DNA of 64,000 nt from Pseudomonadales bacterium (GTDB lineage: Bacteria > Pseudomonadota > Gammaproteobacteria > Pseudomonadales > UBA7434): NCBI GenBank assembly GCA_013043705.1, contig JABDNS010000016.1:10739-74738 (forward strand), in the 5' to 3' direction. Made by a program: the position numbers and the translations under genes. Shown in pieces: positions 19,170 through 29,202 of the stretch. The notes under the pieces are model-generated. The model did no database searches, had not been told where the DNA came from, and worked only from the letters and a program-made list of their open reading frames with translations. Position 1 is the stretch's first letter. Each line of letters begins with the position of its first letter.

Positions 19170-20237
19170 TTGAGTCTTTTTACCCTGCAAGCGGGCTCGC
19201 GCGCCTACCGGAAAATTCAGCGCGATGGTTTGCGTGCGGGCGACGTTGGCGCCGTATTCGGCGCCTCCGGCGCTGCCAAATGGCTTGCGATTAGTGGCCT
19301 GGATAAAGCGATTTTTGGTCGCTGGTTGGCAGCCAGCGAGCAGCAGATATTAACTTTTGGTACCTCGGTGGGTGCTTTCAAGCTTGCCGCGGCGGCGCAG
19401 CACAACCCGGTGGCAGCGCTCGACAGGTTGGCTGTAGCGTACATTGAGCAGCAGTACCCGGATGGCTTGACGCGCGAAGCTATTGCGCAGCAGCTCGACC
19501 TGATTCTTGATAAAACAATTCCCGATGCTGCCCGGCACGAGATCCTCGGCAATCCGCGCTACTTGTTCAGTTGTGCCGCAACAGCATGCCCCGGTTTGCT
19601 TGGTAGCGAGCAAGCGCCGCTACAGTGGCTAGGTATGGCGGGTACGGCGCTGCGCGAATTGTCTCCACAGCGGCTCCAGCTTCGTGCCAATTTGCGGCGG
19701 ATAATTTTTTGTTCCGAGCAGGCGCGTGTACTAATGCAGCCACAGGCGGGTAACTTCGTAGCGTTGTCAGAAGCCTCGCTAAAGCCGGCAATAATTGCAT
19801 CCGGTTCACTGCCTTTGTATATGCATGGCGTGCAGGGGCTGCACCCTCATACTTTGCGCGATGGCGGGCTGCTGGACTATCACCCGGTACCTTCCAACTT
19901 GCTCGCCGCACAACAGGGGTTGGTGCTCTACCCACATTTTTTCCCGCACCTGGTGGAGCGCTGGTTCGACAAGTTTTATCCGTGGCGAAAGGTCACCGCC
20001 GACCGCCTCGAGGATGTGGTGCTGATTTCACCTTCGCAGGCCTTTTGTGATTCGCTGGAGCTGGGCCGCGTGCCGGATCGCAGTGATTTCAAGCGCTACT
20101 ACAATCGCGATGCCGAGCGCATGCGGCTCTGGCGCGAAGTTACGGAGCGCAGCGATGAGATGGGTGAGCAATTTCTCGACGCTGTGCAGAGCGGCAATAT
20201 TGTCTCGTTACTGGAGCCACTGCCGCGCCAGGTGTAA
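19170..20237 (+). CDS. Patatin-like phospholipase family protein
   Basis: Gly-rich oxyanion motif (GASGAAKW), GxSxG nucleophile elbow (GTSVGA) and a catalytic Asp motif (RDGGLLDY), in the correct order and spacing. Confidence 0.7.
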   Translation: MSLFTLQAGSRAYRKIQRDGLRAGDVGAVFGASGAAKWLAISGLDKAIFGRWLAASEQQILTFGTSVGAFKLAAAAQHNPVAALDRLAVAYIEQQYPDGLTREAIAQQLDLILDKTIPDAARHEILGNPRYLFSCAATACPGLLGSEQAPLQWLGMAGTALRELSPQRLQLRANLRRIIFCSEQARVLMQPQAGNFVALSEASLKPAIIASGSLPLYMHGVQGLHPHTLRDGGLLDYHPVPSNLLAAQQGLVLYPHFFPHLVERWFDKFYPWRKVTADRLEDVVLISPSQAFCDSLELGRVPDRSDFKRYYNRDAERMRLWREVTERSDEMGEQFLDAVQSGNIVSLLEPLPRQV

Positions 20238-20513
20238 CGGCGCCTCAGCTGCGAAATACACTGAATATACCTGTGGAATGGTACTTTTGCGTGTAGTTCT
20301 CGTTGCAAGGCGTGTGCGCTTCGGTAGACTACTCGCGCCGCGGCAGGTGTCAGACAGCGCGAAGTCGGCGCGGCTTATTTTGTAAGTAGTGCTTGATGGC
20401 CGCCAGGGGGGATGACGCTCCGGCAAGGCTTTAAGCATTGAGATTTATCGTGATGTCCAAATGCGCCCAAGCGCAACTGGCAACTGTTAAAGCAACTGTT
20501 AGACAAGAGGAGA

Positions 20514-21011
20514 ATGCAAATGGCCGCCAAGAAAAAAGCCGCCAAGAAAACCGCAAGCAAGGCCCGTGGCAAGAAGTCCACTGCCAAAAAGAAAACCACT
20601 GCAAAAAGAAAATCGACTGCTAAAAAAGCCACGCGCAAGAAAGCCACACGTAAGAAGGCTGCACCCAAGCGCAAAGCAGCGAAGAAGAAGTCTACTGCTC
20701 GCAAGTCGAAGCGGATTTCGATCGACAGGATTTCAGGCAGTGCACGCAAGTTGATGCTGGCCAACCTCGGCCTGTACGGCAAAGTAATCGACGAGCTTGA
20801 GGCGCAGGCTGAGCGCGCGCGCGACGCGATTGAACGCGCCCGTCGCGAAGCACCGGACGTGAACAAGGACCTGGTGCGTCGAGGCGAAGTGGTGGTTAAA
20901 GATATTCGTGCGATCCTCAAGCGCGCTGATATGCCTACACCGCCCAAGCTTGACCAGCAGATCGAACGTCTTCGCAAGTCTATCGAGAACCTGCGCAAGC
21001 GCTTGCGCTAA
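20514..21011 (+). CDS. Phasin-family (PHA granule-associated) protein with an N-terminal histone-H1-like Lys/Ala-rich domain
   Basis: The N-terminal roughly 65 aa are AKK/KKA repeats. The C-terminal part (ARKLMLANLGLYGKVIDELE... coiled coil) resembles the PhaF/PhaI phasin motif. AGGAG lies 6 nt upstream of the ATG. Confidence 0.65.
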   Translation: MQMAAKKKAAKKTASKARGKKSTAKKKTTAKRKSTAKKATRKKATRKKAAPKRKAAKKKSTARKSKRISIDRISGSARKLMLANLGLYGKVIDELEAQAERARDAIERARREAPDVNKDLVRRGEVVVKDIRAILKRADMPTPPKLDQQIERLRKSIENLRKRLR

Positions 21012-21027
21012 CTGGCTTATGGTTTAA

Positions 21028-21061
21028 CCACCGCTCCACGCCGCTTGGCTTGGAGCGGTGG
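21028..21061 (+). terminator. 11-bp perfect-stem hairpin after the phasin gene (no U-tract)
   Basis: ccaccgctcca-cgccgcttggct-tggagcggtgg, starting 17 nt after the stop codon. Confidence 0.35.
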
Positions 21062-21210
21062 ATGAGCTGGCTATGTTGCTAGATCTCGTTGCTGGATTTT
21101 GCTGCTGGCACTTGTCTTTTTGGTCTAAATGCAAATAAGAATTAATTGCATTTAGCTCGTCTTTGCGGATAATTGGTTCTTCAAACTTTCGATTGGAGGC
21201 CAGCTGTTGC

Positions 21211-22269
21211 ATGTTTTTTCTCCCCCGTGCTTGCTTAGTAGCGCCATTAACTGCCGTACTTTTCTTTACTAGCCTGCTAGGCGGCTGCGCCGAGCGCGGC
21301 GCGGAAGTGGGCGGCGGCGAGACAAAAGCAGAGCGCCTGGTAGTCTATTCGTCACGCAATGAGCAGCTGCTAGCACCGGTGCTAGCGCGCTATGAGGCGC
21401 ATAGTGGCGTGAAGGTCGATTACGCTACCGACAAAGCGGGCGTACTGCTCGAGCGCATCAAGGCTGAAGGCGCGAATAGCCCGGCTGACGTGCTGATTAC
21501 CGTTGATGCCGGCACGCTGGGCTTCGCTGCTAGCCAAGGCCTATTCCAGCCGTTGGATTCATCTATCGTAGAGCAAGCTGTGCCCGTACATTTGCGCGAC
21601 CCCAAGGGCCGCTGGGCCGGGCTTAGTTTGCGCGCCCGAACCATTGTGTACAGCACCGACCGCGTTGCCAAACAAGACCTGTCTTCGTATGCCGCGCTAG
21701 CCGAACCCAGCTGGCAGGGCAGGCTTTGTCTTCGCACTTCTAAAAAAGTTTACAACCAGTCGCTGGTAGCAATGTTGATTAGTGAGCTGGGCGAGCAGCA
21801 GGCGGAGCGCGTTGTAAAGGGCTGGGTCGCCAACCTGGCTATTCCGCCGACGTCAAACGATACCAAGGTGATGGAGGCGATTGTTGCCGGACGTTGCGAC
21901 ATTGGCATTGTTAACACCTATTACTTCGGCCGGATGCAGAATGCGCAGGCCAATTTGCCGCTAGCGTTATTCTGGCCAGACCAGGCAGCGGGTCAGGGCG
22001 GCGTGCATGTTAACGTGGCCGGTGCGGGTATCTTGCAGCACGCACCGCGGGCTGCAGCCGCGCGCCGCTTTATCGAATGGCTGGTAAGCGACGAGGCGCA
22101 GGCAATTTTTGCCGGGGTTAACCAGGAATACCCGGTAACTTCCACAACCGAAGTTGACCAACAGGTAGCGAGCTGGGGAGTGTTTCGCGCGAGCCAGCAA
22201 CCGCTTGCGGATGCCTGGCTGTTACAACCCGCCGCGGTTAAGTTAATGGATCGCGTAGGCTACCGATGA
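21211..22269 (+). CDS. Fe(3+) ABC transporter substrate-binding lipoprotein (FbpA/AfuA-like)
   Basis: Lipobox LLGGC, followed by homology to periplasmic iron-binding proteins (VVYSSRNEQL..., ITVDAG, VNTYY). Followed by a cognate permease and ATPase. Confidence 0.85.
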   Translation: MFFLPRACLVAPLTAVLFFTSLLGGCAERGAEVGGGETKAERLVVYSSRNEQLLAPVLARYEAHSGVKVDYATDKAGVLLERIKAEGANSPADVLITVDAGTLGFAASQGLFQPLDSSIVEQAVPVHLRDPKGRWAGLSLRARTIVYSTDRVAKQDLSSYAALAEPSWQGRLCLRTSKKVYNQSLVAMLISELGEQQAERVVKGWVANLAIPPTSNDTKVMEAIVAGRCDIGIVNTYYFGRMQNAQANLPLALFWPDQAAGQGGVHVNVAGAGILQHAPRAAAARRFIEWLVSDEAQAIFAGVNQEYPVTSTTEVDQQVASWGVFRASQQPLADAWLLQPAAVKLMDRVGYR

Positions 22270-22303
22270 TACGGCTGATGCCGCGCCTTGGCTTGCGTTG
22301 CGC

Positions 22304-23965
22304 ATGACGCTGAATTGGCAAGGCCTGCGCTGGCAACTATTACTGCTGCTTATTGCGTCACCTGCGTTGATGACGTTAGCGAGTGTATTCGCATCTTTTT
22401 TCATGGGTGATGCCGACACCATGGCGCACCTGCGGCGCTATGTGCTACCCGACGCGATTCTCAATTCGCTGGCGCTGGTTGTTTGTGTATCGTTGCTAGC
22501 CGGGTTTCTTGGTGTCATGCTGGCCTGGCTTACAGCAGCCTGTGAATTTCCATTGCGACGCTTTTTTTCCTGGGCACTTTTTTTGCCAATGGCTGTGCCA
22601 GGCTACGTCATGGCGTTTGCCCTGGTGGGCATGTTTGAGTCCAATGGCAGTTTACATCGCAGCGTGTTGGCCAGTTGGCCCGAGCTGTCATGGTGGCCGG
22701 ATGTTTATGCTTTCCCGGTTGTAGTGCTGTGTCTATCGCTGGTGCTTTATCCCTATGTTTACTTGCTCGCGCGTAACGCCTTTCAAACCCGTGGGCAGCG
22801 TAGCCTTGAGGTAGGACAATCTTTGGGGCTAAGCGCAAGGCAGAGTTTTTTTCGCGTCGCGTTGCCAATGGCCAGGCCGTGGATTGCCGGCGGCATTTTA
22901 TTAGTCGCCATGGAAACGTTGGCTGATTTCGGCGCAGTTTCAGTGTTCAACTTCGATACGCTAACCACCACGATTTACAAAGCCTGGTTTTCACTATTTT
23001 CACTGCCCGCAGCGCTGCGCATTGCGGCTGCGTTGCTATTGTTTGTGTTGGTTTTGATAATGCTGGAGCGCTACACGCGCAGAATGCAGCGCTACGCTGA
23101 TAACAAGAGTAAAAGCCTGCTTGAGCGGCGACAAAAGTTAAGCCGCTTGCAGCAAGCGTTGGCACTGCTTGCATGTGGTGTTGTTTTACTATGTGCCTTC
23201 ATTTTGCCGGCATTGCAGCTGCTTGCATGGGCGATGCCCCAGCGTGCAGTTGAATTAACCCCGCGCTTCTGGTCGGCGCTAACCGGCACCGTGTGGTTGG
23301 CAACCATGGCGGCGTGCATTGTAACGGTGCTAGCGGTGCTGCTGGCGTTCGTGGCGCGCACCCGGCAGGGCAGGCTAGTGCCGGTGCTGGTGCGGCTTTG
23401 CACAATGGGTTATGCGCTGCCAGGCTCAGTATTAGCGGTGGGTGTTTTTGTACCGGTGGCTGCGTTTGCCGCGTGGCTTGCATCGCAAGGTTATCCCAGC
23501 AGCTGGTTACAAGGTAGTTTGTTGGTAATGATGCTAGGTTACAGCGTGCGCTTTATGGCCGTGGCCTACACACCGCTGGAGAACAATCTCTTGCGTGTTA
23601 CACCGTCCATTGATCTTGCCGCGCAGAGTTTGGGCGTTAGCGGCTGGCGCATGCTCAAGCGGGTGCATTTGCCAATGTTGCACAGCGGCTTGCTAACCGC
23701 ATTGGTGTTGGTATTCGTCGACGTGATGAAAGAGTTGCCGATAACCCTGATGACGCGCCCTTTTGGTTTCAACACCTTGGCGGTGCGCATTTTTGAATTT
23801 ACTTCCGAAGGCCAGTGGCAACGCGCCGCTATGCCCGCATTGGCAATTGTTGGTGCCGGTCTATTGCCGGTGTTCTTGTTAATTCGCGGCAGCGAGTCAA
23901 GCGTCTCTGCGCGCGCTGATGTCGTTCGCGCACCGCAGGCCACATTGATCTATGAGCAAAAATAA
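22304..23965 (+). CDS. Iron ABC transporter permease (duplicated FbpB-type)
   Basis: About 550-aa polytopic ORF with two permease halves (EAA-like loops SLEVGQSLGLS and IDLAAQSLGVS). Confidence 0.88.
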   Translation: MTLNWQGLRWQLLLLLIASPALMTLASVFASFFMGDADTMAHLRRYVLPDAILNSLALVVCVSLLAGFLGVMLAWLTAACEFPLRRFFSWALFLPMAVPGYVMAFALVGMFESNGSLHRSVLASWPELSWWPDVYAFPVVVLCLSLVLYPYVYLLARNAFQTRGQRSLEVGQSLGLSARQSFFRVALPMARPWIAGGILLVAMETLADFGAVSVFNFDTLTTTIYKAWFSLFSLPAALRIAAALLLFVLVLIMLERYTRRMQRYADNKSKSLLERRQKLSRLQQALALLACGVVLLCAFILPALQLLAWAMPQRAVELTPRFWSALTGTVWLATMAACIVTVLAVLLAFVARTRQGRLVPVLVRLCTMGYALPGSVLAVGVFVPVAAFAAWLASQGYPSSWLQGSLLVMMLGYSVRFMAVAYTPLENNLLRVTPSIDLAAQSLGVSGWRMLKRVHLPMLHSGLLTALVLVFVDVMKELPITLMTRPFGFNTLAVRIFEFTSEGQWQRAAMPALAIVGAGLLPVFLLIRGSESSVSARADVVRAPQATLIYEQK

Positions 23966-25067
23966 GTCGCAGCAGGCATTCGCTCCTGCGCCCGAAAACG
24001 AGCAGGATGATGCGTTTTTCCGTGCTTCGGGTATAGCGGTGGGCTACAACGGGCGGCCGGTACTCGCGGGTATCAACCTGGTTTTGGCACGTGGTGAAAT
24101 TGGTTGCCTGCTCGGCCCCAGCGGCTGCGGCAAGTCGACACTGCTGCGCAGCATCGCCGGGTTTGAAACGCCGCAGGATGGCGAGTTTTTTCTTGGTGAG
24201 CGCTGCCTTTACCGGCATGGCGCAGAACTGCCGCCCGAACAGCGCAACGTAGGTATGGTGTTCCAGGAGCATTCGCTGTTTCCGCACCTTGATGCCCTGC
24301 GTAATATTTTGTTTGGCCTGCACCGACTGCCCAGCGGTGAAGCGCGGGAGCGGGCGATGCACTGGCTGGCGCAAGTGGGCCTGGTGGGTCGAGAGCGCGC
24401 CATGCCGCACGAGCTTTCCGGTGGCGAACAGCAAAGAGTGGCGCTGGCCCGGGCGCTGGCACCCGAGCCCGCGTTGATGTTGCTCGATGAACCCTTCGCC
24501 AGCCTGGATCTGGATCTTCGTGAAAAACTTGGACGCGATGTGCGTGCGCTGTTCAAGGCCAACAACACCACCGCGTTGCTGGTTACACACGATCAGCAGG
24601 AGGCCTTTGCAATTGCTGATAAGGTCGGCGTGCTACAGCAGGGCGAGCTGGCGCAGTGGGATGAGGCGTACCGCATTTATCACCAGCCTCGCAACCAGAG
24701 TGTGGCAAACTTCGTAGGTAAAAGTCGTTTCTTGCGTGGCGAGGTAGTCGATGAGGCGCGCGTTAGAACCATCATTGGCAGTTTTGATATCGATAGCGCC
24801 TACCTGCGCCAATACAATTTTTCTGTGGGTGACAAGGTGCAGGTGCTGTTGCGCCCGGATGACGTTTTGCACGACGACCACAGCGTGCTGCAGGCAAGGG
24901 TGGTAGCGCGATTGTTTCGCGGTGCGCAGTTTCTTTATACGCTGGAAATGGAAAACGGCGAGCAGTTACTGGCGTTGGTGCCCAGTCATCACGATCACGC
25001 CATCGATGAGTCGATCGGCATACGGCTTGAAATCGATCACGTTGTTGTATTCCCCTCGCCAGACTGA
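23952..25067 (+). CDS. ABC transporter ATP-binding protein (FbpC/PotA-like)
   Basis: Walker A GPSGCGKST, signature LSGGEQQRVALARAL, Walker B MLLDEPFASLD, and a C-terminal TOBE-like domain. Overlaps the permease gene by 14 nt. Confidence 0.92.
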   Translation: MSKNKSQQAFAPAPENEQDDAFFRASGIAVGYNGRPVLAGINLVLARGEIGCLLGPSGCGKSTLLRSIAGFETPQDGEFFLGERCLYRHGAELPPEQRNVGMVFQEHSLFPHLDALRNILFGLHRLPSGEARERAMHWLAQVGLVGRERAMPHELSGGEQQRVALARALAPEPALMLLDEPFASLDLDLREKLGRDVRALFKANNTTALLVTHDQQEAFAIADKVGVLQQGELAQWDEAYRIYHQPRNQSVANFVGKSRFLRGEVVDEARVRTIIGSFDIDSAYLRQYNFSVGDKVQVLLRPDDVLHDDHSVLQARVVARLFRGAQFLYTLEMENGEQLLALVPSHHDHAIDESIGIRLEIDHVVVFPSPD

Positions 25068-25567
25068 ATGACGGGTTTTTTGAAAAATGCGCGAAAGAAA
25101 TAATAGATCGTACTCGCCAGGCCCCAAAGCAAGCCGACAACCACGCCGGCATCAAGAATGCCCCGCCACGGTTGTGGTATGTGCTGAAACAGGAAAATAA
25201 AAGTCAAGATTAGTAGCAGCAGTGAGTAGCTTACCAGCATACGGCGTACGGGTGCGTTGAAAAAATTCATGCAGTAGAGCGGCGCCAGCAAGCGCTCTAT
25301 GCTGGACCCCTGGTGGTACAAGTGCATCGCGCGATTCGCAAAGCGCGGTGAGAAGCCTTTCTGGAAGCCTTTGTAACCCTCGGAGTAGGCCATAAAAATA
25401 ATGAAGGCTGCAAGCAACAACCATTGCAGCGCGGAAAAATCATAGTTGGCTGCATCCAGGCTCACCGCCAGCAATTTGCGCACGGCCTGTAACATTAACA
25501 GGCTAAAGCCTGCCAGGGCCCACAGCGCGGCGATAGCGCCGGGAATGTTATTCTGCCTGCCTTGCAT
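25037..25567 (-). CDS. Hypothetical integral membrane protein (about 4 TM)
   Basis: 176-aa hydrophobic ORF whose start lies 10 nt downstream of the transglutaminase-like gene's stop codon. Its 3' end overlaps the convergent ABC ATPase gene by 31 nt. Confidence 0.55.
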   Translation of the reverse strand: MQGRQNNIPGAIAALWALAGFSLLMLQAVRKLLAVSLDAANYDFSALQWLLLAAFIIFMAYSEGYKGFQKGFSPRFANRAMHLYHQGSSIERLLAPLYCMNFFNAPVRRMLVSYSLLLLILTFIFLFQHIPQPWRGILDAGVVVGLLWGLASTIYYFFRAFFKKPVIQSGEGNTTT

Positions 25568-25577
25568 ACGCTATCCC

Positions 25578-26252
25578 TTAGCGAGAAGTCGGCTGCACAT
25601 CGTTGGCGAATTCGTTGGCGCTGCCACTGGCTGGGTGCTCTACCTGCTGGCCATAAAAGGCCAGTAGATCTGCCATTATTTGCTCACGCGGTACATCGTC
25701 GAATTCACCACGAAAATTCTTGTACTCCATGTGCTTGTTACCTGCCTTGTCGTAGGCGTGATAAATTGAATCGCTGCGTCCGTCGAACTCCAAAGGATGT
25801 ATACCGGCTTTTTCACACAGTTCAATATTGAACGCCGGGGTGGCCTTTACCCACTGATCTTCCAGGTAGAGCGCGGTATAGCCGTGCCATATAAACAAGT
25901 CGCTACCCATGCGTTCGCGAAGCTTTTCGCTGCTCAAGTGATTGACCACATCAGCAAATCCCACCTTTGCCGGTATGCCAATGCGGCGTACGCAAGCGGC
26001 CAGCAAAATGGCTTTTGGCACACACCAGCCCTCGCGTTTTTGCAGAATTGCGCTTGCAGTGAAGCCATCTGGCGATGGATCTATGTTGTAGGGGTTGTAG
26101 CGAACATCGTCGCGCACCGCATAGTAGAGCTTTACAGCATTATCTAAATCGCTGGCGCCGGCAATGCTATTAGCCGCCGCGTAGGCGGCGATGCCGGGGT
26201 GCTCGCTGTCGATATAGCTAGTTGGGCGCAGCGCGGCCTGCAAATCGTTCAT
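25578..26252 (-). CDS. Transglutaminase-like cysteine-protease-fold protein
   Basis: Core motif REGWCVPKAILLAACVRRIGIPA (catalytic Cys context), with downstream His/Asp candidates (FADVVNH...). The start is 4 nt after the thiolase stop. Confidence 0.78.
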   Translation of the reverse strand: MNDLQAALRPTSYIDSEHPGIAAYAAANSIAGASDLDNAVKLYYAVRDDVRYNPYNIDPSPDGFTASAILQKREGWCVPKAILLAACVRRIGIPAKVGFADVVNHLSSEKLRERMGSDLFIWHGYTALYLEDQWVKATPAFNIELCEKAGIHPLEFDGRSDSIYHAYDKAGNKHMEYKNFRGEFDDVPREQIMADLLAFYGQQVEHPASGSANEFANDVQPTSR

Positions 26253-26256
26253 GCTT

Positions 26257-27537
26257 TTATTTCTCGACGATCGCAGTTACGCCCTGGCCACCAGCCGCGC
26301 AGATTGAAACGAGCCCGCGACCGCCGCCATTCTGGTCGATCAGCTTGGCAAGGCTTGCCAGGATACGACCACCAGTGGCGGCGAAGGGGTGCCCGGTAGC
26401 GAGCGAGCTGCCGTTAACGTTGAGCTTGCTGAGATCAATTTCACCGAGTACATCGTCCAGGCCAAGCCTGTTTTTGCAGAAGTTTTCGTCGTTGAGCGCG
26501 GCCAGTGTGCATAGCACTTGCGAGGCAAAGGCCTCGTGAAATTCGTAGAAGTCAAAATTTTGTAGCGATAAAGAAGCTTTATTTAACAAGCGTGGCAGCG
26601 CGTAGGAGGGTGCCATCAGCAGGCCTTCTTTTTTATCGATGAAGTCTACCGCAGCCACCTCGCCAAGACGCAGGTATGCGAGCACTGGAATGTCGTTGGC
26701 AGCGGCCCATTCTTCACTGGCCAGTAAACACACCGACGCGCCGTCGGTTAAAGGCGTAGAGTTACCGGCGGTCAGGGTGCCGTTTTCGCGATCGAACACC
26801 GGTTTCAGGCGCGCGAGTTTTTCAATGCTGGTATCGGCGCGCAGGTTATTGTCGCGCTCGAGTTTTTTGAACGGCGTGAGCAGGTCATCGAAAAAACCTT
26901 GCTCGTAGGCACGCGCCAGGTTTTGGTGGCTGGCGGCAGCCAATTCATCTTGCGCCTCTCGGCTAATGCCCCATTCATCGGCTGTTATTTGCATGTGCTC
27001 GCCCATGGAGAGCCCGGTACGCGGTTCGCTATTTTTGGGTAGTGCGGGTGCAAGGTGCGAGGGGCGCAAACCTAAAAACGCCTTGGCGCGGTCGCCACCG
27101 GTTTTGGCAGCGTTTACATTCATCAGCACTTTACGCAGGCCATCGCTTACCGCGATGGGCGCATCGGAAGTGGTATCGACGCCACCGGCAATGCCCGCAT
27201 CAATTTGCCCCAAAGCAATTTTGTTGGCGACTAAAATCGCCGCTTCGAGGCCGGTGCCGCAGGCTTGCTGCACATCGTAGGCGCTGGTTTCGGGGGCGAG
27301 CTTGCTGCCCAGCACGCATTCACGGGTGAGGTTGAAGTCGCGGCTGTGTTTCATTACGGCGCCTGCAACCACTTCGCCAAGTAATTTACCCTCGAGGTTA
27401 TACCGCGAGACCAGCCCGTTTAACGCGGCGCTGAGCATTTGCTGGTTGCTGACGTTCAGGTAGTTGGTACCTGAGCGAGCAAACGGAATGCGGTTGCCGC
27501 CTAGGATCGCGACGCGTTTAATTTCGCCTGTAAGCAT
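26257..27537 (-). CDS. Acetyl-CoA C-acyltransferase (thiolase), FadA2-like
   Basis: Thiolase signatures: active-site Cys region (VQQACGTGLEA) and C-terminal NVNGSSLATGHPFAATG and CAAGGQG. Start set at MLTGEIKRVAILGG (27537). Confidence 0.9.
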   Translation of the reverse strand: MLTGEIKRVAILGGNRIPFARSGTNYLNVSNQQMLSAALNGLVSRYNLEGKLLGEVVAGAVMKHSRDFNLTRECVLGSKLAPETSAYDVQQACGTGLEAAILVANKIALGQIDAGIAGGVDTTSDAPIAVSDGLRKVLMNVNAAKTGGDRAKAFLGLRPSHLAPALPKNSEPRTGLSMGEHMQITADEWGISREAQDELAAASHQNLARAYEQGFFDDLLTPFKKLERDNNLRADTSIEKLARLKPVFDRENGTLTAGNSTPLTDGASVCLLASEEWAAANDIPVLAYLRLGEVAAVDFIDKKEGLLMAPSYALPRLLNKASLSLQNFDFYEFHEAFASQVLCTLAALNDENFCKNRLGLDDVLGEIDLSKLNVNGSSLATGHPFAATGGRILASLAKLIDQNGGGRGLVSICAAGGQGVTAIVEK

Positions 27538-27763
27538 GAGAGTACTCCGGACAGCTAGTGGAATAGAGAGAGAAGGGCTGGCGCTGCACAACCGTAAAAA
27601 GCGCCGCAAATTGTACGCCGAGTGGTCTGCTAGCGGCAATAAGGCATTGCCGCTTTGGTGCAATTCCGTAAACTAGCGCACTGTGCGAACGATTGGTGCC
27701 GGGTCTTGGCCCGGTATACCGTTCGATCATTCCTGTTTGTACCCAGTTTTGAGAGGTTGTTCA

Positions 27764-29164
27764 ATGTCCGATCGCTATGTAGATTTCGTCAATTCCGGTG
27801 TGGGCCAAAGCCTCGCGCGCTCTGTGGGTTTGCCCCAGCCGGTAAAGTTGCGTCGCTACGAGCACGGCATCGATTTTATCGACGGCGATTGCCTGGTTGG
27901 CGCAGCGCCGGGCGCCGAACACCTGGACGCACTGGCCAAGGTGCTGGCCAGCTCGCGCTCCAGCATTTATGTGAAATGCGACAACCCTGAAGTGAAAGGT
28001 CTGTTGCAGGTCGATGGTCTTGCCGCGCGCGATTACGACGTGGTGATGCCCGACAAAATACGTGCACTGGTGTTTGATGCCAGCGGTATTACCAACTCCA
28101 CGCAACTGCGCGAGCTATACAACTTTTTTCATCCGGTAGCGCGCAAGCTGCAAAGTTGTTCGCGTGTGCTGGTAATTGGCAGGCCGCCCGAAAATGCGGA
28201 TACGCCCGAACACCGTATCGCGCAGCGAGCACTGGAAGGTTTTACTCGCGCGCTCGGCAAGGAGCTGGGTAAGGGCACAACTGTGCAGCTGTGTTATGCG
28301 GTAAAGGGTGCAGGCGATGGTATTGCCTCCACGGTGCGATTCGTGTTGTCGTCGCGTTCGGCCTATGTCTCGGGCCAGGTTATTCGGGTGGGTAAGGCCA
28401 AGCTGGCTGCCAAGTTTGATTGGGACGAGCCATTGGCGGGCAAGGTGGCGCTGGTGACTGGTGCGGCGCGCGGCATTGGCGAATCTATTGCAGAAGTTTT
28501 GGCGCGCGAAGGCGCGCACGTAGTGTGCCTGGATATTCCACCCGCGGAAGACGACTTGAAAAAAGTGGCGGATAGAATTGGCGGTAGTTATATCACCGCC
28601 GATATCACGCATGCCGACACACCGCAGACGCTGGTAGATTATTTTGGCAGCGAACACAAAGGGCTGGATATCCTCGTACACAATGCTGGCGTTACACGCG
28701 ATAAAACCCTGGGAAAAATGAAACCCGAGTTTTGGGATATGGTGCTTGATATCAATTTGTCATCTGAGGAGCGTGTTAACAAAGCGCTGCTGGAGGCCGA
28801 AACGCTTAAAAGCGGGGCGCATATTATTTGCGTCTCTTCCATGGCCGGTATTGCCGGCACGCGCGGGCAAACCAATTATGCTTGCTCCAAGGCGGGTGTC
28901 ATCGGTATGGTTGATGCGATGGCGCCAATCCTGAAAAAACAGAAAATCACGATCAATGCGGTGGCGCCTGGTTTTATCGAAACCGCGATGACTGCTGCAA
29001 TGCCCTTCGGGCCACGCGAGGTGGGCAGGCGCTTGAACTCCATGTCACAAGGTGGACTGCCGGTGGATGTGGCTGAAACCATATGCTGGTTTGCCAGTCC
29101 TGCATCGGCAGGGGTTACCGGCAACGTAGTGCGCGTTTGTGGCCAGAGCTTGCTGGGTGCGTAG
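27764..29164 (+). CDS. High-molecular-weight 3-oxoacyl reductase (FabG4-like two-domain SDR)
   Basis: About 190-aa N-terminal non-catalytic domain, then a classical FabG domain (TGAARGIGESIA, NYACSKAG, NAVAPGFIET). Start at ATG 27764 (MSDRYVDF). Confidence 0.85.
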   Translation: MSDRYVDFVNSGVGQSLARSVGLPQPVKLRRYEHGIDFIDGDCLVGAAPGAEHLDALAKVLASSRSSIYVKCDNPEVKGLLQVDGLAARDYDVVMPDKIRALVFDASGITNSTQLRELYNFFHPVARKLQSCSRVLVIGRPPENADTPEHRIAQRALEGFTRALGKELGKGTTVQLCYAVKGAGDGIASTVRFVLSSRSAYVSGQVIRVGKAKLAAKFDWDEPLAGKVALVTGAARGIGESIAEVLAREGAHVVCLDIPPAEDDLKKVADRIGGSYITADITHADTPQTLVDYFGSEHKGLDILVHNAGVTRDKTLGKMKPEFWDMVLDINLSSEERVNKALLEAETLKSGAHIICVSSMAGIAGTRGQTNYACSKAGVIGMVDAMAPILKKQKITINAVAPGFIETAMTAAMPFGPREVGRRLNSMSQGGLPVDVAETICWFASPASAGVTGNVVRVCGQSLLGA

Positions 29165-29202
29165 GGCCATTCCAAAGCAATAGAATTTACGGAAACAAAT
29201 TA

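Noticed and set aside
20520-20720. Apparent DNA tandem repeat in the phasin-like gene
   Set aside because: The periodicity is at the amino-acid level (AKK/KKA) with varied codons. It is not a precise nucleotide repeat.
20375-20998. 207-aa minus-strand ORF covering the phasin-like gene
   Set aside because: It is the antisense mirror of the Lys/Ala repeat region (it reads as Phe/Leu/Ala/Arg runs). It has no SD and no recognisable domain. The plus-strand frame has an SD and a family-like C-terminal domain.
23829-24590. 253-aa minus-strand ORF
   Set aside because: It is antisense to the ABC ATPase gene, whose Walker A/B and signature motifs fix the coding strand.
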